Origin: an uncultured Eubacteriales bacterium
GTDB lineage: Bacteria > Bacillota > Clostridia > Christensenellales > Aristaeellaceae
Direction of reading: 5' to 3'
Assembly: GCA_944349545.1 (NCBI GenBank)
Contig: CALVNG010000002.1
Coordinates: 9,328 to 73,327 of the forward strand
DNA length: 64,000 bases
Shown: positions 7,947-17,422 of the stretch, one piece after another
Layout of the letters: each line of letters starts with the position of its first letter
Numbering within the stretch: position 1 is the stretch's first letter
Made by a program: the position numbers and the translations under genes
The notes under the pieces: generated by a model
The model's input: the letters and a program-made list of their open reading frames with translations, nothing else
The model's database searches: none
Told to the model about the DNA's origin: nothing

Positions 7947-10403
7947 TTACAGGATCGGGGTGCAGCCCTGAATGTGCCAGATGGTGTCGTTATACTGGCG
8001 GATGGTGCGGTCGGAGCTGAAGAAACCGGACTTGGCCGTGTTGACGATGGCCATGCGCAGCCACTTTTCGCGGTTCTGGTAGTCCTCCATCATGCGGCGG
8101 TTGGCCATGGAGTAGCTGCCAAAGTCCTTAAGGACGAAATAGCTGTCGGCCATCCCGCCGTAATCGCCCACAAGCAGCGTATGGTAGAGGTCCTGCATGG
8201 CCAGCGGCTCGTTGGGGAAGAGCGTCCCGTCCAGCCACTGGCTCATGGCCTTGCGGATCTCGTGGTTGGTTTCAAAGATACTCATGGGGTTGTAGGTGCG
8301 CTCGCGATACATCCCCTCGACGGTATCGGCGCGCATGCCGAAGATGTAGATGTTGTCGATGCCCACCTGCTCGTAGATCTCCACGTTGGCGCCGTCCATG
8401 GTGCCCAGGGTTACGGCGCCGTTCATCATGAACTTCATGTTGCCGGTTCCGCTGGCCTCCTTGCCGGCGGTGGAAAGCTGCTGGCTGATTTCGCTGGCGG
8501 GTATCAGAATCTCCGCGGTGGAAACGTCGTAGTTTTCGATGTAGACGATCTTGATCATCTGCCGGGCGCGCGGATGCTTGTCGATCAGGTCCGCCAGGGC
8601 GTTGATGTAACGGATGGTCTGCTTTGCGCGCATATAGCCGGGCGCGGCCTTGGCGCCGAAGAGGAAGAGGCGCGGCGGCATGGTGAAATTGGGATCGTCC
8701 ACGATGCGGTTGTAGAGTACCTGGATGTGCAGGGCGTTGAGCATCTGGCGCTTGTACTCGTGCAAGCGCTTGGCCTGGGTATCAAAGACGAAGCTGGTGT
8801 CGATGTCGATGCCCTGCCGCGCCTTGACCAGCTTTTGTAGGCGCTGTTTGTTTTGCAGCTTCACGGCGTCGAACTTCTCGCGGAAGGCGGCGTCGTCTGC
8901 ATAGGGCAGAAGATCGGCCAGCTTGGAGGCGTCGGCCACAAAGCCGGGACCAATGGTCTCCTTGAGCAGCGAGGTCAGCGCGGGATTGCCTTCCACGAGC
9001 CAGCGGCGGTGGGTGATGCCGTTGGTGATGGCGCTGAATTTGGATTTGTTCAGCAGCCAGTAATCATGGAACAGGCTGTCCTGCAGGATCTTGCCGTGCA
9101 GCTGGCTCACGCCGTTGACACTGGAGGAGAGCGCCACGCACAGGTTGGCCATATGTACCTGACCATAGGCGATGATGGCCATATGGCCGATGCGCTCCCA
9201 CTGATCGGGATAGCTGGTGAACAGCTCGGCGCAAAGGCGGCGGTTGAGCTCCTCCAGAATCATGTAGATGCGCGGAAGCGTCTGCTTCATCATATCGACG
9301 GGCCAGCGTTCCAGCGCCTCGGCCATGACGGTATGGTTGGTGTAGGCCATGCAGCGATAGGTAATGCGCTGCGCCATCTCCCAGGAGAGGCCCTCCTGGT
9401 CGATCAGCAGGCGGATCAGCTCCGGAATCGCCAGGCCCGGATGCGTGTCGTTGATATGGAAAACACACTTGTCCGGCAGCAGGTCAAAGTTGTTGCCGAA
9501 GTGCTTCTTGAAATTCTTGATGGCGTATTGCAGCGTGGCGCTGGTGAAGAAGTAGTGCTGCTTGAGGCGCAGCATCTTGCCCTCGTAGTGCTTATCCTCG
9601 GGATAGAGCACCTTGGAGATTACCTCGGCCATCTGCATTTCCTCCATGGCCTTGAGGTACTCGCCCTCGCCGAAATGCGTCAGGTCCAGGTTGGCGCGGC
9701 TGCGCGCCGACCAGGTGCGCAGCGTGTTGACGCATTCGTTGTTGTAGCCGACGACGGGCATGTCGTAGGGCACGGCGTCGATCTGATAGGTGTCCACAAG
9801 CTTAAAGACCTTGCGGCCGTTTTCCTCGGTTTCCTCCACGTGGCCGTTGAACTCCACGGTGCAGGTATCCTCGGTGCGGGCGACCTCCCAGACGTTTCCG
9901 TTCTGCAGCCAGTTGTCCGGCAGCTCCACCTGCTGGCCCTCCACGAGCTTCTGGCGGAACAGGCCGTATTCGTAGCGGATGGTGCAGCCCATGGCCGGAA
10001 TGTTCAGGCTGGACAGGCTGTCCAGAAAGCAGGCTGCCAGGCGGCCCAGGCCGCCGTTTCCCAGCGCGGGTTCGGGCTCTTCGGGCAGGATGGTCTGCAG
10101 GTCGATGCCAAGCTCCCTTAGTGCCTGGGCATAGTTCTCCTGAGAGCACAGGTTGATCAGGTTGCAGTTGAGGGAGCGGCCGGTCAAAAATTCGACCGAC
10201 AGGTAATACAGGCGTTTGCGCTTTGCGTCCCTGAGGCGCTTGGAGATCATCCACTTCTGCATGATCTGGTCGCGCACGGTAGAGGCGACCGCCTTGTAGA
10301 GCTGCTGCGGCGTGGCTTCCAGCACGGTAACGCCGTTATAGCGCTGCAGTTTGCCTACGATGCTTTGCTTGATGGATTCCACATCGAACGTGGTAGTGGG
10401 CAT
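7947..10403 (-). CDS. glgP: glycogen/maltodextrin phosphorylase
   Basis: 818 aa. Contains EPALGNGGLGRLAACFLDS and the PLP-lysine block EASGTGNMKFMMNGA. Confidence 0.92.
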   Translation of the reverse strand: MPTTTFDVESIKQSIVGKLQRYNGVTVLEATPQQLYKAVASTVRDQIMQKWMISKRLRDAKRKRLYYLSVEFLTGRSLNCNLINLCSQENYAQALRELGIDLQTILPEEPEPALGNGGLGRLAACFLDSLSSLNIPAMGCTIRYEYGLFRQKLVEGQQVELPDNWLQNGNVWEVARTEDTCTVEFNGHVEETEENGRKVFKLVDTYQIDAVPYDMPVVGYNNECVNTLRTWSARSRANLDLTHFGEGEYLKAMEEMQMAEVISKVLYPEDKHYEGKMLRLKQHYFFTSATLQYAIKNFKKHFGNNFDLLPDKCVFHINDTHPGLAIPELIRLLIDQEGLSWEMAQRITYRCMAYTNHTVMAEALERWPVDMMKQTLPRIYMILEELNRRLCAELFTSYPDQWERIGHMAIIAYGQVHMANLCVALSSSVNGVSQLHGKILQDSLFHDYWLLNKSKFSAITNGITHRRWLVEGNPALTSLLKETIGPGFVADASKLADLLPYADDAAFREKFDAVKLQNKQRLQKLVKARQGIDIDTSFVFDTQAKRLHEYKRQMLNALHIQVLYNRIVDDPNFTMPPRLFLFGAKAAPGYMRAKQTIRYINALADLIDKHPRARQMIKIVYIENYDVSTAEILIPASEISQQLSTAGKEASGTGNMKFMMNGAVTLGTMDGANVEIYEQVGIDNIYIFGMRADTVEGMYRERTYNPMSIFETNHEIRKAMSQWLDGTLFPNEPLAMQDLYHTLLVGDYGGMADSYFVLKDFGSYSMANRRMMEDYQNREKWLRMAIVNTAKSGFFSSDRTIRQYNDTIWHIQGCTPIL

Positions 10404-10526
10404 ATGAATCCTCCTTGAATAGATTGGAAGTATTTGAGGATAACAGCGGTATTATACCATGAAAGCGGGGGTAAGGGCAAATGATTTATCCAAAAATAGG
10501 GCAGATCGGGCATTTGGCCCAAGAAG

Positions 10527-10542
10527 CGTTTCACGTGAAACA
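10527..10542. promoter_or_regulatory. parS: parS centromere-like site (CGTTTCACGTGAAACA, 15/16 match) in the glgP-addA divergent intergenic region
   Basis: Read directly at 10527..10542. Shares the 15-nt core GTTTCACGTGAAACA with the site at 3329. One mismatch at the outermost position. Confidence 0.7.
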
Positions 10543-10601
10543 TTTGCATTCGCTCCGCGCTTACGGTACAATAGCGCATATCCCCATCCCGGAAAGGAGC
10601 G

Positions 10602-13600
10602 ATGCGCATGCGTTTTACCCCCGCGCAGGAAGCGGCTATTCGTGCCGACAACCGCGAGTTGCTGGTATCGGCCGCGGCGGGCAGCGGCAAAACCGCCGTG
10701 CTGGTGGAGCGCATCGTGCGGCTGGTTGTGGAGCGCGGCGTCAGCATCGACCGGATGCTGATTGTCACCTTCACGCGCGCTGCCGCGGGCGAGATGCGGG
10801 AGCGCCTGGAAACGCGCCTGAACGAAGCTGCCGCGGACCATCCGCGCCTGGCCCGGCAGGCGGACCTGGTTAGTATGGCGCAAATCTCCACAATCCATAG
10901 CTATTGCCAACAGGTGGTGCGGCAGAACTTCCAGCGATGCGGCGTGGACCCGCAATTCATGCTGGCGGACGAGCGCACCCGCGCCGCCTACTGGCAGGAT
11001 GCGATGGAAGAAACGCTGGACTGGCTGTACGAGGCGGCGCACGGGGATGAGCGGCTTGCGGCCCTGACGGGAAAATTCGGCGAACGCGAGATTGCGCTCA
11101 TGCTGGAGACGCTCTACCGCTTTCTGATGTCGCGCCCCGATCCGATGGCCTGGCTGGAGGAAAGCGCAGAAAAGACCTGGAGCCTGGAAAGCATGGACGG
11201 CGAGCCGTTGGCGCAGGCGTTCTGCCAGGAGGCTGCGCTGATCCTGGACGGGATGGACGCCCTGTGGCGAGAGGCGGACGCCATGCGCGCGGACGCGGCC
11301 TTTCCGCCGCCTTACCTCAACACGCTGCAAAGCGACCGGGCGGCCCTCGACGGGCTGCGCGCCGGCTGCGAACAGGGAATGCGCGCGCTGTGCGGGGCGC
11401 TGGCAGGTTTGAAGTTCACCACCCTGGGGCGCTTCAAGCCAGCCACCGGGGACGAGGAACGCCTGGCGGGAGCCTTTAAGGACCTGCGCAGCCGTATCAA
11501 GGATATGGCGGATGATCTGAAAAAACTGCTGCCCGCGGATTTTGAACAGGGCGTGGCCGATATGCAGGCCATGGAAGGCGCCACGCGCGGGCTGGCCACG
11601 GCGGTGCGGCATCTGCACGAGGGGTTTCAGGCTCGCAAACTCAGCGAGGCGTGCATCGACTTTGGCGACCTGGAGCACATGACGCTGGCCGTGCTGCGCG
11701 ACCCGGACATGCGCGATCAGCAGGCGCAGCGGTTCGACGCGGTGTTCGTGGACGAGTATCAGGACGTGAGCGCCCTGCAGGAAGCCATCCTCAACGCCCT
11801 CAAGCGCAGCGCGGGCCAGAGCTATTTCTATGTAGGCGACGTAAAGCAGAGCATCTACCGCTTCCGCCTGGCCGAGCCCGGCCTGTTCCTGGGCAAGCTC
11901 GAACGCTTCTCGTCACGGGCGGACGCGACGTTTCGCCGGGTGGTGCTCAACCTGAACTTCCGCAGCCGCGCAGCGGTGCTGGACGCGGTGAACCGCGTGT
12001 TCTCGCATGTGATGGACCGGCGTGTCACCGAGATCGACTATGACGCCGACGCGCGGCTGTACTCAGGAATACCCTCTCAGGGGGACCCGGCGACCGAGCT
12101 GCACGTGCTCAACGCGCAGGGCCGGCGGCCGCAGGACATGGTCCTGGCAGAGGCGGAGCTGATCGCTCGCGATATTCTCGCAACGGTGGGCGAACCGGTC
12201 CCCGACGCGCAGGGCCAGCCGGGCGCGCCGCTTCACTACCGCGACATCGCCATTCTGCTGCCTGTGGGCAAAAACGTGGCCGACAAGGTGGAGCTGGTGC
12301 TGGGCCGGATGGGCATTCCCGTGTACTGCGAGGGCGGGGGCGACCCCATGGCGTCGGACGAGGTGGACCAGGCGATCCAGCATTTGACGCTGCTGGACAA
12401 CCTGGCCAATGACGTGGCGTTGCTCAGCGAGCTGCGCTGCCCGCTGTTTGAGATGACGGAACGGGAGCTGGCGGACATCCGCCTCCTGCGTCCGCAGCGG
12501 GAGGCGAGCTTCCTCAGCGCGCTTCAGACGGCGGCCCATGAGGCCCGCGAACCCCTCGCCGCGCGCTGCCGCGCCGTGCTGGAGGCGCTTGAGGCCGAGC
12601 GGTTCTATGCGCGCAGCATGCCGCTGGCCGAATATCTGTGGAGCTTCCTCAAGCGCAGCGGTCTTTACGCGCATTATGGGGCGCAGCCGGGCGGAAAGCT
12701 CCGGCAGGCCAACCTGCGCATGCTCTGCCACCGCGCCGACGACTATGAGCGGAGCCATACGGACGGCCTGCACGGCTTTGTGGAAGCCGTCCGGGCAGAC
12801 GGCGGCGGGGGAAGCGAGCAAAGTCCCGCCGTGATGAATCCCTGGGAGGACGTGGTGCGCATAATGACCATCCACAAATCCAAGGGGCTGGAATTTCCCA
12901 CGGTCTATGTGATGGGCCTGGGCGGACCGCTGCTGCGGCGGGCACAGACCCGCGCGCTCAGCCTGCACGGGGAGATCGGCTTTGGCTTGGGATATGTCAA
13001 CGAAAAGGCGAGGACCCGCCGCACGACCCTTTTGCAGGGAGCCGTCGCGCTCAGGGAGCGCAGCGCCGAGCGGGCCGAGCGCGCGCGCGTGCTCTATGTG
13101 GCCATGACGCGGCCCAAGATGCGTCTGGTGCTGGTGGGGAGCCTGAAAAACCCGGACCCTGCCTCGGCGGGCCGGTCCGGCGGGGTGTATGGCGTGCGTG
13201 AAGCGCGCAGCATGCTGGACTGGCTGCTTCAATCCGCTCAGCCCGGCGATGGCGTGACGGTGGAACAGGGCGGGCAGGTTTCCACAGTGGATATGAGGGA
13301 AACCGGGGTTCAGTCGGAGTTCCCCACACAATCCACAGGTTTTCCACAAAAAAGCGCCCCATGGCGCATCGTTTTCCACATGGAACCAGTCATTACAAGG
13401 CATTTCATCCGTCAAGGCGCGCCGCTTCCCTTCCCGCTGCCGGAGGTGACCGAGGAGCGGCCCGCGGCGCCCATTCCCGCGCCGCAAGCCGCCGGCATGG
13501 ACTGGCCCGCGGCGGCTACGCCGCAGGAAAGGGCGCGGTCCGCCGTCCTTCCCCTCAAGCTGGGTGTGACCGCGCTGTGCCGCGCGCTGGACGGCGCGCA

Positions 13601-14288
13601 GACCCTGGAGGAAGCGGCGGAGGAGGAAGAGGAACAGCTCAAGCGCCTTCCCTATGACGGACCCCGCCCCCGCCTGTTGTCCTCGCTTCCGGCCATGCCG
13701 ACCTTTTTGGAGCCGCCAGAGGAGGAAGCGGGACTGCTGCGCGGCGTGCAGACGCACCGTCTGCTGGGTCTGATGGATCTGGCAGGGGCGCGGGCGGCAG
13801 GGGGCGACGAAAGGGCGATTTTCTACCATATAAAAGAGGAGTTGTCCCGGCTGGTGGAAAAGCGCGTAATGACCCCTGCAGAGGCGGCTCTGGCGAACGC
13901 GGGAATGGCGGCTCGTTTCCTGGCCGGGCCGGTGGGACAGCGCATGCTGGCGGCGTCCACGGTGCGGCGCGAATGGAGTTTCAACCTGCGCATAAGCGAG
14001 CCGTTCCCCACGCTCCTGCAGGGCGTGATCGACCTGTGCTTTCTGGAGGATGGCGCCTGGGTGCTGGTGGATTTCAAAACCGACCGCGTATCCAGCGGAG
14101 AGGAACTGTGGCGGCGATACGGCCGGCAGATTGCGCTCTACCGCCGCGCGCTGCTGGAGGGAACCCCCTGGCCCGTTCGGGAATGGACGCTTTATTCGCT
14201 TCGGCTTGGAAAAGCGTTCGCCAAATATGACGAAGAAACGCTGAAATATGACAAAAATATTTCAATTTCGAGGGAACAAAAGGCATGA
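10602..14288 (+). CDS. addA: ATP-dependent helicase/nuclease subunit A (AddA/RexA type)
   Basis: 1228 aa. Has UvrD-type Walker A AAAGSGKTAVLVERI, DEYQDVS and TIHKSKGLEFP, plus the C-terminal RecB-type nuclease motif GVIDLCFLEDGAWVLVDFKTD. The ATG at 10608 (8 nt after AAGGAG) is an equally good start. Confidence 0.85.
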   Translation: MRMRFTPAQEAAIRADNRELLVSAAAGSGKTAVLVERIVRLVVERGVSIDRMLIVTFTRAAAGEMRERLETRLNEAAADHPRLARQADLVSMAQISTIHSYCQQVVRQNFQRCGVDPQFMLADERTRAAYWQDAMEETLDWLYEAAHGDERLAALTGKFGEREIALMLETLYRFLMSRPDPMAWLEESAEKTWSLESMDGEPLAQAFCQEAALILDGMDALWREADAMRADAAFPPPYLNTLQSDRAALDGLRAGCEQGMRALCGALAGLKFTTLGRFKPATGDEERLAGAFKDLRSRIKDMADDLKKLLPADFEQGVADMQAMEGATRGLATAVRHLHEGFQARKLSEACIDFGDLEHMTLAVLRDPDMRDQQAQRFDAVFVDEYQDVSALQEAILNALKRSAGQSYFYVGDVKQSIYRFRLAEPGLFLGKLERFSSRADATFRRVVLNLNFRSRAAVLDAVNRVFSHVMDRRVTEIDYDADARLYSGIPSQGDPATELHVLNAQGRRPQDMVLAEAELIARDILATVGEPVPDAQGQPGAPLHYRDIAILLPVGKNVADKVELVLGRMGIPVYCEGGGDPMASDEVDQAIQHLTLLDNLANDVALLSELRCPLFEMTERELADIRLLRPQREASFLSALQTAAHEAREPLAARCRAVLEALEAERFYARSMPLAEYLWSFLKRSGLYAHYGAQPGGKLRQANLRMLCHRADDYERSHTDGLHGFVEAVRADGGGGSEQSPAVMNPWEDVVRIMTIHKSKGLEFPTVYVMGLGGPLLRRAQTRALSLHGEIGFGLGYVNEKARTRRTTLLQGAVALRERSAERAERARVLYVAMTRPKMRLVLVGSLKNPDPASAGRSGGVYGVREARSMLDWLLQSAQPGDGVTVEQGGQVSTVDMRETGVQSEFPTQSTGFPQKSAPWRIVFHMEPVITRHFIRQGAPLPFPLPEVTEERPAAPIPAPQAAGMDWPAAATPQERARSAVLPLKLGVTALCRALDGAQTLEEAAEEEEEQLKRLPYDGPRPRLLSSLPAMPTFLEPPEEEAGLLRGVQTHRLLGLMDLAGARAAGGDERAIFYHIKEELSRLVEKRVMTPAEAALANAGMAARFLAGPVGQRMLAASTVRREWSFNLRISEPFPTLLQGVIDLCFLEDGAWVLVDFKTDRVSSGEELWRRYGRQIALYRRALLEGTPWPVREWTLYSLRLGKAFAKYDEETLKYDKNISISREQKA

Positions 14289-14325
14289 ACGAATCGTTAA
14301 TTCTATGCAGCGCGAATATTCGGGG

Positions 14326-14354
14326 TTGATTTTCCCGTATTTTCCCTGTACAAT
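14326..14354 (+). promoter_or_regulatory. sigma-A promoter of the PG-binding protein gene
   Basis: TTGATT (14326..14331), 17 nt, TACAAT (14349..14354). Confidence 0.4.
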
Positions 14355-14439
14355 ATGCTTGATGCGGGGGGATGTATACCTGCCGCATAGGTGTAAGAGG
14401 TTTGTAACATTTCCTTTTCGACTTCCTTGAGGAAACGGA

Positions 14440-16176
14440 GTGTTGATTGTGAAGCATCCCCATGCCACAGACAGGAGCCGCCATGCGCGGCTGAAGCGGG
14501 TGGCTGTCGCGGCGCTGCTGCTTGCCGCCTGTGTGGCGCTGAGCGCCTGCTATATGGAACCCGACCGCGTCGTGGACAGCAACAACGGGCTGACCGTGGG
14601 CGACGGCGGGCAGACCTTTGATACCGTCGTGACGCCCACGCCCAGCGTGACGCCTACCCCCACTCCCGCGCCCACCAGCAACGAAGTGGACTGGAGCGCA
14701 TGGGACTTCGGCAACGACACGGCGACCAATCCTCCCAGCAACGTAAGCCCCACCAACGCCCTCATCAGCGGCGCGACCAGCGCTCCGCAGATCGGCACCG
14801 CCACGCTGCCGCCTACGACGGCCCCCACCAACGCGCCCAGCGTCACGGCTACGCCGTCGAGCACCTCGTCCGGCAGCAGCACGCTCAAGATGGGCTCCAC
14901 CGGCAGCGATGTCAAGCGCCTGCAGCAGCGGCTGAAGGATCTGGGATACCTGACCGGCAGCGCGGACGGCGACTTCGGCGCGGCCACCGAGCAGGCGGTG
15001 CGCGATTTCCAGGCTGCCAACGGCCTCTCCGTGGACGGCAAGGCGGGCACCCGCACCATTGAGAAGCTCTATTCCAGCAGCGCCAAGAAAAAGACCACCA
15101 GCTCTTCCAGCTCATCGAGCTCGTCCAGTTCTTCCAGCAGCTCTTCGAGCAGTTCTTCCACCAGCAGCTCCACCAGTTCGTCCTACACCAACGGCAAGAC
15201 GGACATCTACCTGCAGCTGGGCTCCTCTGGCGCGCAGGTCAAGATTCTGCAGAACCGCCTGATCGTGCTGGGCTACCTCAGCGGCACCGCCGACGGCGAG
15301 TTTGCCGAAACCACCCAGGCCGCGGTCATCGCCTTCCAGGAGCGCAACTCCATCTATGCTGACGGCATCGCCGGCCCCACGACGCTGACCAAGCTGTATT
15401 CCGAGTCCGCGAAAAAGGCCTCCAGCGTGGTCGGACACCTGGGTTCCCTCCGCGAGGGCACCACCGGCAGCGCGGTCCGCTCCCTGCAGCAGAACCTTAA
15501 GACGCTGGGCTATTACACCGGCAGCGTGGACGGCGACTACGGCAGCGGCACCACCGCCGCGGTCACGGCCTTCCAGCAGTCCAGCGGCCTCAAGGCCGAC
15601 GGTATCGCGGGCAAGGCCACGCTCAACGCCATCTACGCCGCGCTCAACGGGGGCTCCTCCGGCGGCTCATCCTCCGGCAGCAGCTCCAGCCCCGCTAACT
15701 ACGGCAAGACCGCTTCGTCCAACGGCTATACCACCATCACCACGGGCTCCAGCTCCACCAACGTGACGGCGCTGCAGCGCGCGCTGCAGGCGACCGGCTA
15801 CTACAGCGGCTCCGTGGACGGCAGCTATGGCAGCGGTACCGAGGCGGCCGTGGAGGCGTACCAGCGCGCGGCGGGTCTGCGCGTGACCGGTATGGCCGGC
15901 CCCACCACCCAGCGCCTGCTCTATGGCGGAACATCGGAAAGCGGCAGCTATTCCAAGCTGGATGTGGGATCCACCGGCAGCGCGGTCAAGCGCCTGCAGT
16001 ACGCCCTGTATGAACTCAAGTACTACGACGGCGATATCTCCGGCACCTATGATACCGTGACCCAGAACGCGGTCATGGTGTTCCAGGAGCTCAACGGCCT
16101 GGCCATTGACGGCGTGGCCGGACAGCAGACGCAGCAAAAGCTGTTCTCCAGCAACGCGGTGCCCTGCAGCATCTGA
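14440..16176 (+). CDS. secreted/lipoprotein-like protein with five peptidoglycan-binding (PG_binding_1) repeats and Ser/Thr-rich linkers
   Basis: 578 aa. Signal/lipobox-like LLLAACVALSACY. Five repeats of the pattern GS(T/S)G..V..LQ..L..LGY..G..DG.(F/Y)G..T..AV..FQ...GL..DG.AG. The GTG at 14449 is an alternative start. Confidence 0.8.
   Translation: MLIVKHPHATDRSRHARLKRVAVAALLLAACVALSACYMEPDRVVDSNNGLTVGDGGQTFDTVVTPTPSVTPTPTPAPTSNEVDWSAWDFGNDTATNPPSNVSPTNALISGATSAPQIGTATLPPTTAPTNAPSVTATPSSTSSGSSTLKMGSTGSDVKRLQQRLKDLGYLTGSADGDFGAATEQAVRDFQAANGLSVDGKAGTRTIEKLYSSSAKKKTTSSSSSSSSSSSSSSSSSSSSTSSSTSSSYTNGKTDIYLQLGSSGAQVKILQNRLIVLGYLSGTADGEFAETTQAAVIAFQERNSIYADGIAGPTTLTKLYSESAKKASSVVGHLGSLREGTTGSAVRSLQQNLKTLGYYTGSVDGDYGSGTTAAVTAFQQSSGLKADGIAGKATLNAIYAALNGGSSGGSSSGSSSSPANYGKTASSNGYTTITTGSSSTNVTALQRALQATGYYSGSVDGSYGSGTEAAVEAYQRAAGLRVTGMAGPTTQRLLYGGTSESGSYSKLDVGSTGSAVKRLQYALYELKYYDGDISGTYDTVTQNAVMVFQELNGLAIDGVAGQQTQQKLFSSNAVPCSI
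15100..15183 (+). repeat. poly-Ser/Thr coding tract (28 codons) in the PG-binding protein
   Basis: Codons AGC TCT TCC AGC TCA TCG AGC TCG TCC AGT ... use all six Ser codons interleaved. This is low complexity at the protein level rather than a pure nucleotide microsatellite. Confidence 0.8.
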
Positions 16177-16220
16177 CGCATTGCGCTCAGGGCGCCTAGG
16201 CACGCTACCAACCAGCGGCA

Positions 16221-16268
16221 GACCGCCGCTCCGCACAAGAGGAAGCGGGGCGGCGGTCCCTTTTCGTA
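16221..16268 (+). terminator. rho-independent terminator after the PG-binding protein gene
   Basis: Stem GACCGCCGCTCCGC / GCGGGGCGGCGGTC (one mismatch), followed by CCTTTTCG. Confidence 0.6.
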
Positions 16269-16386
16269 TATGAAGAAGCTGTAAACTTTGCGCCATCGCG
16301 CCTTGCAGGCCCTCGCGCGTTTTGACGCACAGGTGCCTGTGTGCTATAATGCATGCTGTATCCTTATGCTTGACGGAGGAAGCGAC

Positions 16387-17376
16387 ATGTTTGGAAAGAT
16401 GATGAACCGCTATTACTACGGGAAAAGCGGCAAGGGTGATTATACCAAGGAGGACCTCCCCCAGACGCGCTGGCAGCTGTTCTGGGAGATGCTGCGCGTG
16501 CGTCTCTCCGGCCTGGTGCGCCTGAACCTGATGTATGCGGTCGCGTGGCTTCCGGCCATTTTCGTAATCGGGCGCGGTTTGCTTCTGTGGTACTCTGGAC
16601 TGGCCAACCTGGCTGACGCGCAGATGCAGATGGAAGCCGGCGAGATTGCCGCGGAGACCCTGGCAGGGCTGACGCAGAGCTACTCCCAGGGCATGAGCGC
16701 CGTGATCCTGCAGACGCTGCTGCTCCTGGTGCCCTGCCTGACGCTGACAGGGCCGTTTACGACGGGCGTGGCCTATGTTACGCGCAACTGGGCGCGTGAC
16801 GAGCATGCCTTCATCTGGTCGGATTTCATCGACACGGTCAAGGGCAACTGGAAGTACGGCCTGCTCACGGGATTCATCACCGGCATGATGCTGCTTTTGA
16901 TGTACGTGTGCGTGACCTTCTACGGGACAATGGCCGACGGAAACGCGCTGTTCATGATCCCGCAGGTGATCTGCATCGTGATCGGGATTATGTGGCTGTG
17001 CTCGCTGATGTATGTCTATCCGCAGATCGTCACCTACAAGCTCACCTACCGCAACGTGGTGCGCAACAGCCTGATCATGACCGTCGGCCGCCTGCCCATG
17101 ACCGTGGGACTGAAGCTTCTGTCGCTGCTTCCCTGGGCGATCACGGCGCTCGTTTCGCTCTTTACGCCCTACATGCAGTATGCCCTGCTTGGGCTGGCGG
17201 CCTATTACATCCTCATCGGCTTCAGCCTGAGCCGGTTTGTGGGGGCCAGCTATTCCAACGCGGTGTTCGACCGCTACATCAACCCCAACATCGAGGGCGT
17301 GCAGGTTGGACGCGGCCTGTACAACGCCGAGGATGAAGAGGATGACGAGGACGGCGGCGGGGAAGCCGGCGAATGA
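16387..17376 (+). CDS. YesL/DUF624-family membrane protein
   Basis: The ORF opens at 16288, but GGAGGA precedes the ATG at 16387. MFGKMMNRYYY...LFWEMLRVRLSGLVRLNLMY is the typical DUF624 N-terminus. Multiple TM helices and an acidic tail. Confidence 0.65.
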   Translation: MFGKMMNRYYYGKSGKGDYTKEDLPQTRWQLFWEMLRVRLSGLVRLNLMYAVAWLPAIFVIGRGLLLWYSGLANLADAQMQMEAGEIAAETLAGLTQSYSQGMSAVILQTLLLLVPCLTLTGPFTTGVAYVTRNWARDEHAFIWSDFIDTVKGNWKYGLLTGFITGMMLLLMYVCVTFYGTMADGNALFMIPQVICIVIGIMWLCSLMYVYPQIVTYKLTYRNVVRNSLIMTVGRLPMTVGLKLLSLLPWAITALVSLFTPYMQYALLGLAAYYILIGFSLSRFVGASYSNAVFDRYINPNIEGVQVGRGLYNAEDEEDDEDGGGEAGE

Positions 17377-17400
17377 GGAACGCGCCTTTGTCACAACCTA
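17371..17400 (+). promoter_or_regulatory. forespore sigma-G-like promoter upstream of the SASP gene
   Basis: GAATG (17371..17375), 18 nt, CAACCTA (17394..17400), compared with the remembered sigma-G consensus GHATR-N17/18-CATXHTA (one mismatch in the -10 box). About 20 nt upstream of the SASP ATG. Confidence 0.35.
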
Positions 17401-17422
17401 CCCAGGCAAGGGAGGGAAGGAC

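Noticed and set aside
7660-7971. 103-aa ORF in the AT-rich spacer upstream of the MBL-fold gene.
   Set aside because: It has no RBS, runs across the glgP terminator hairpin and into the glgP 3' end, and has no recognisable motif. The region is better explained as promoter plus leader.
9830-9846. Other CACGTG cores (also at about 42375) checked as degenerate parS sites.
   Set aside because: The flanking arms (CCTC...GCCG and TTTC...CTTT) do not match the TGTTT/AAACA arms.
15100-15183. Poly-Ser tract considered as a phase-variable simple sequence repeat.
   Set aside because: The codons are heterogeneous (six different Ser codons interleaved), so there is no uninterrupted nucleotide repeat unit for slipped-strand mispairing. 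The length is also a multiple of three.
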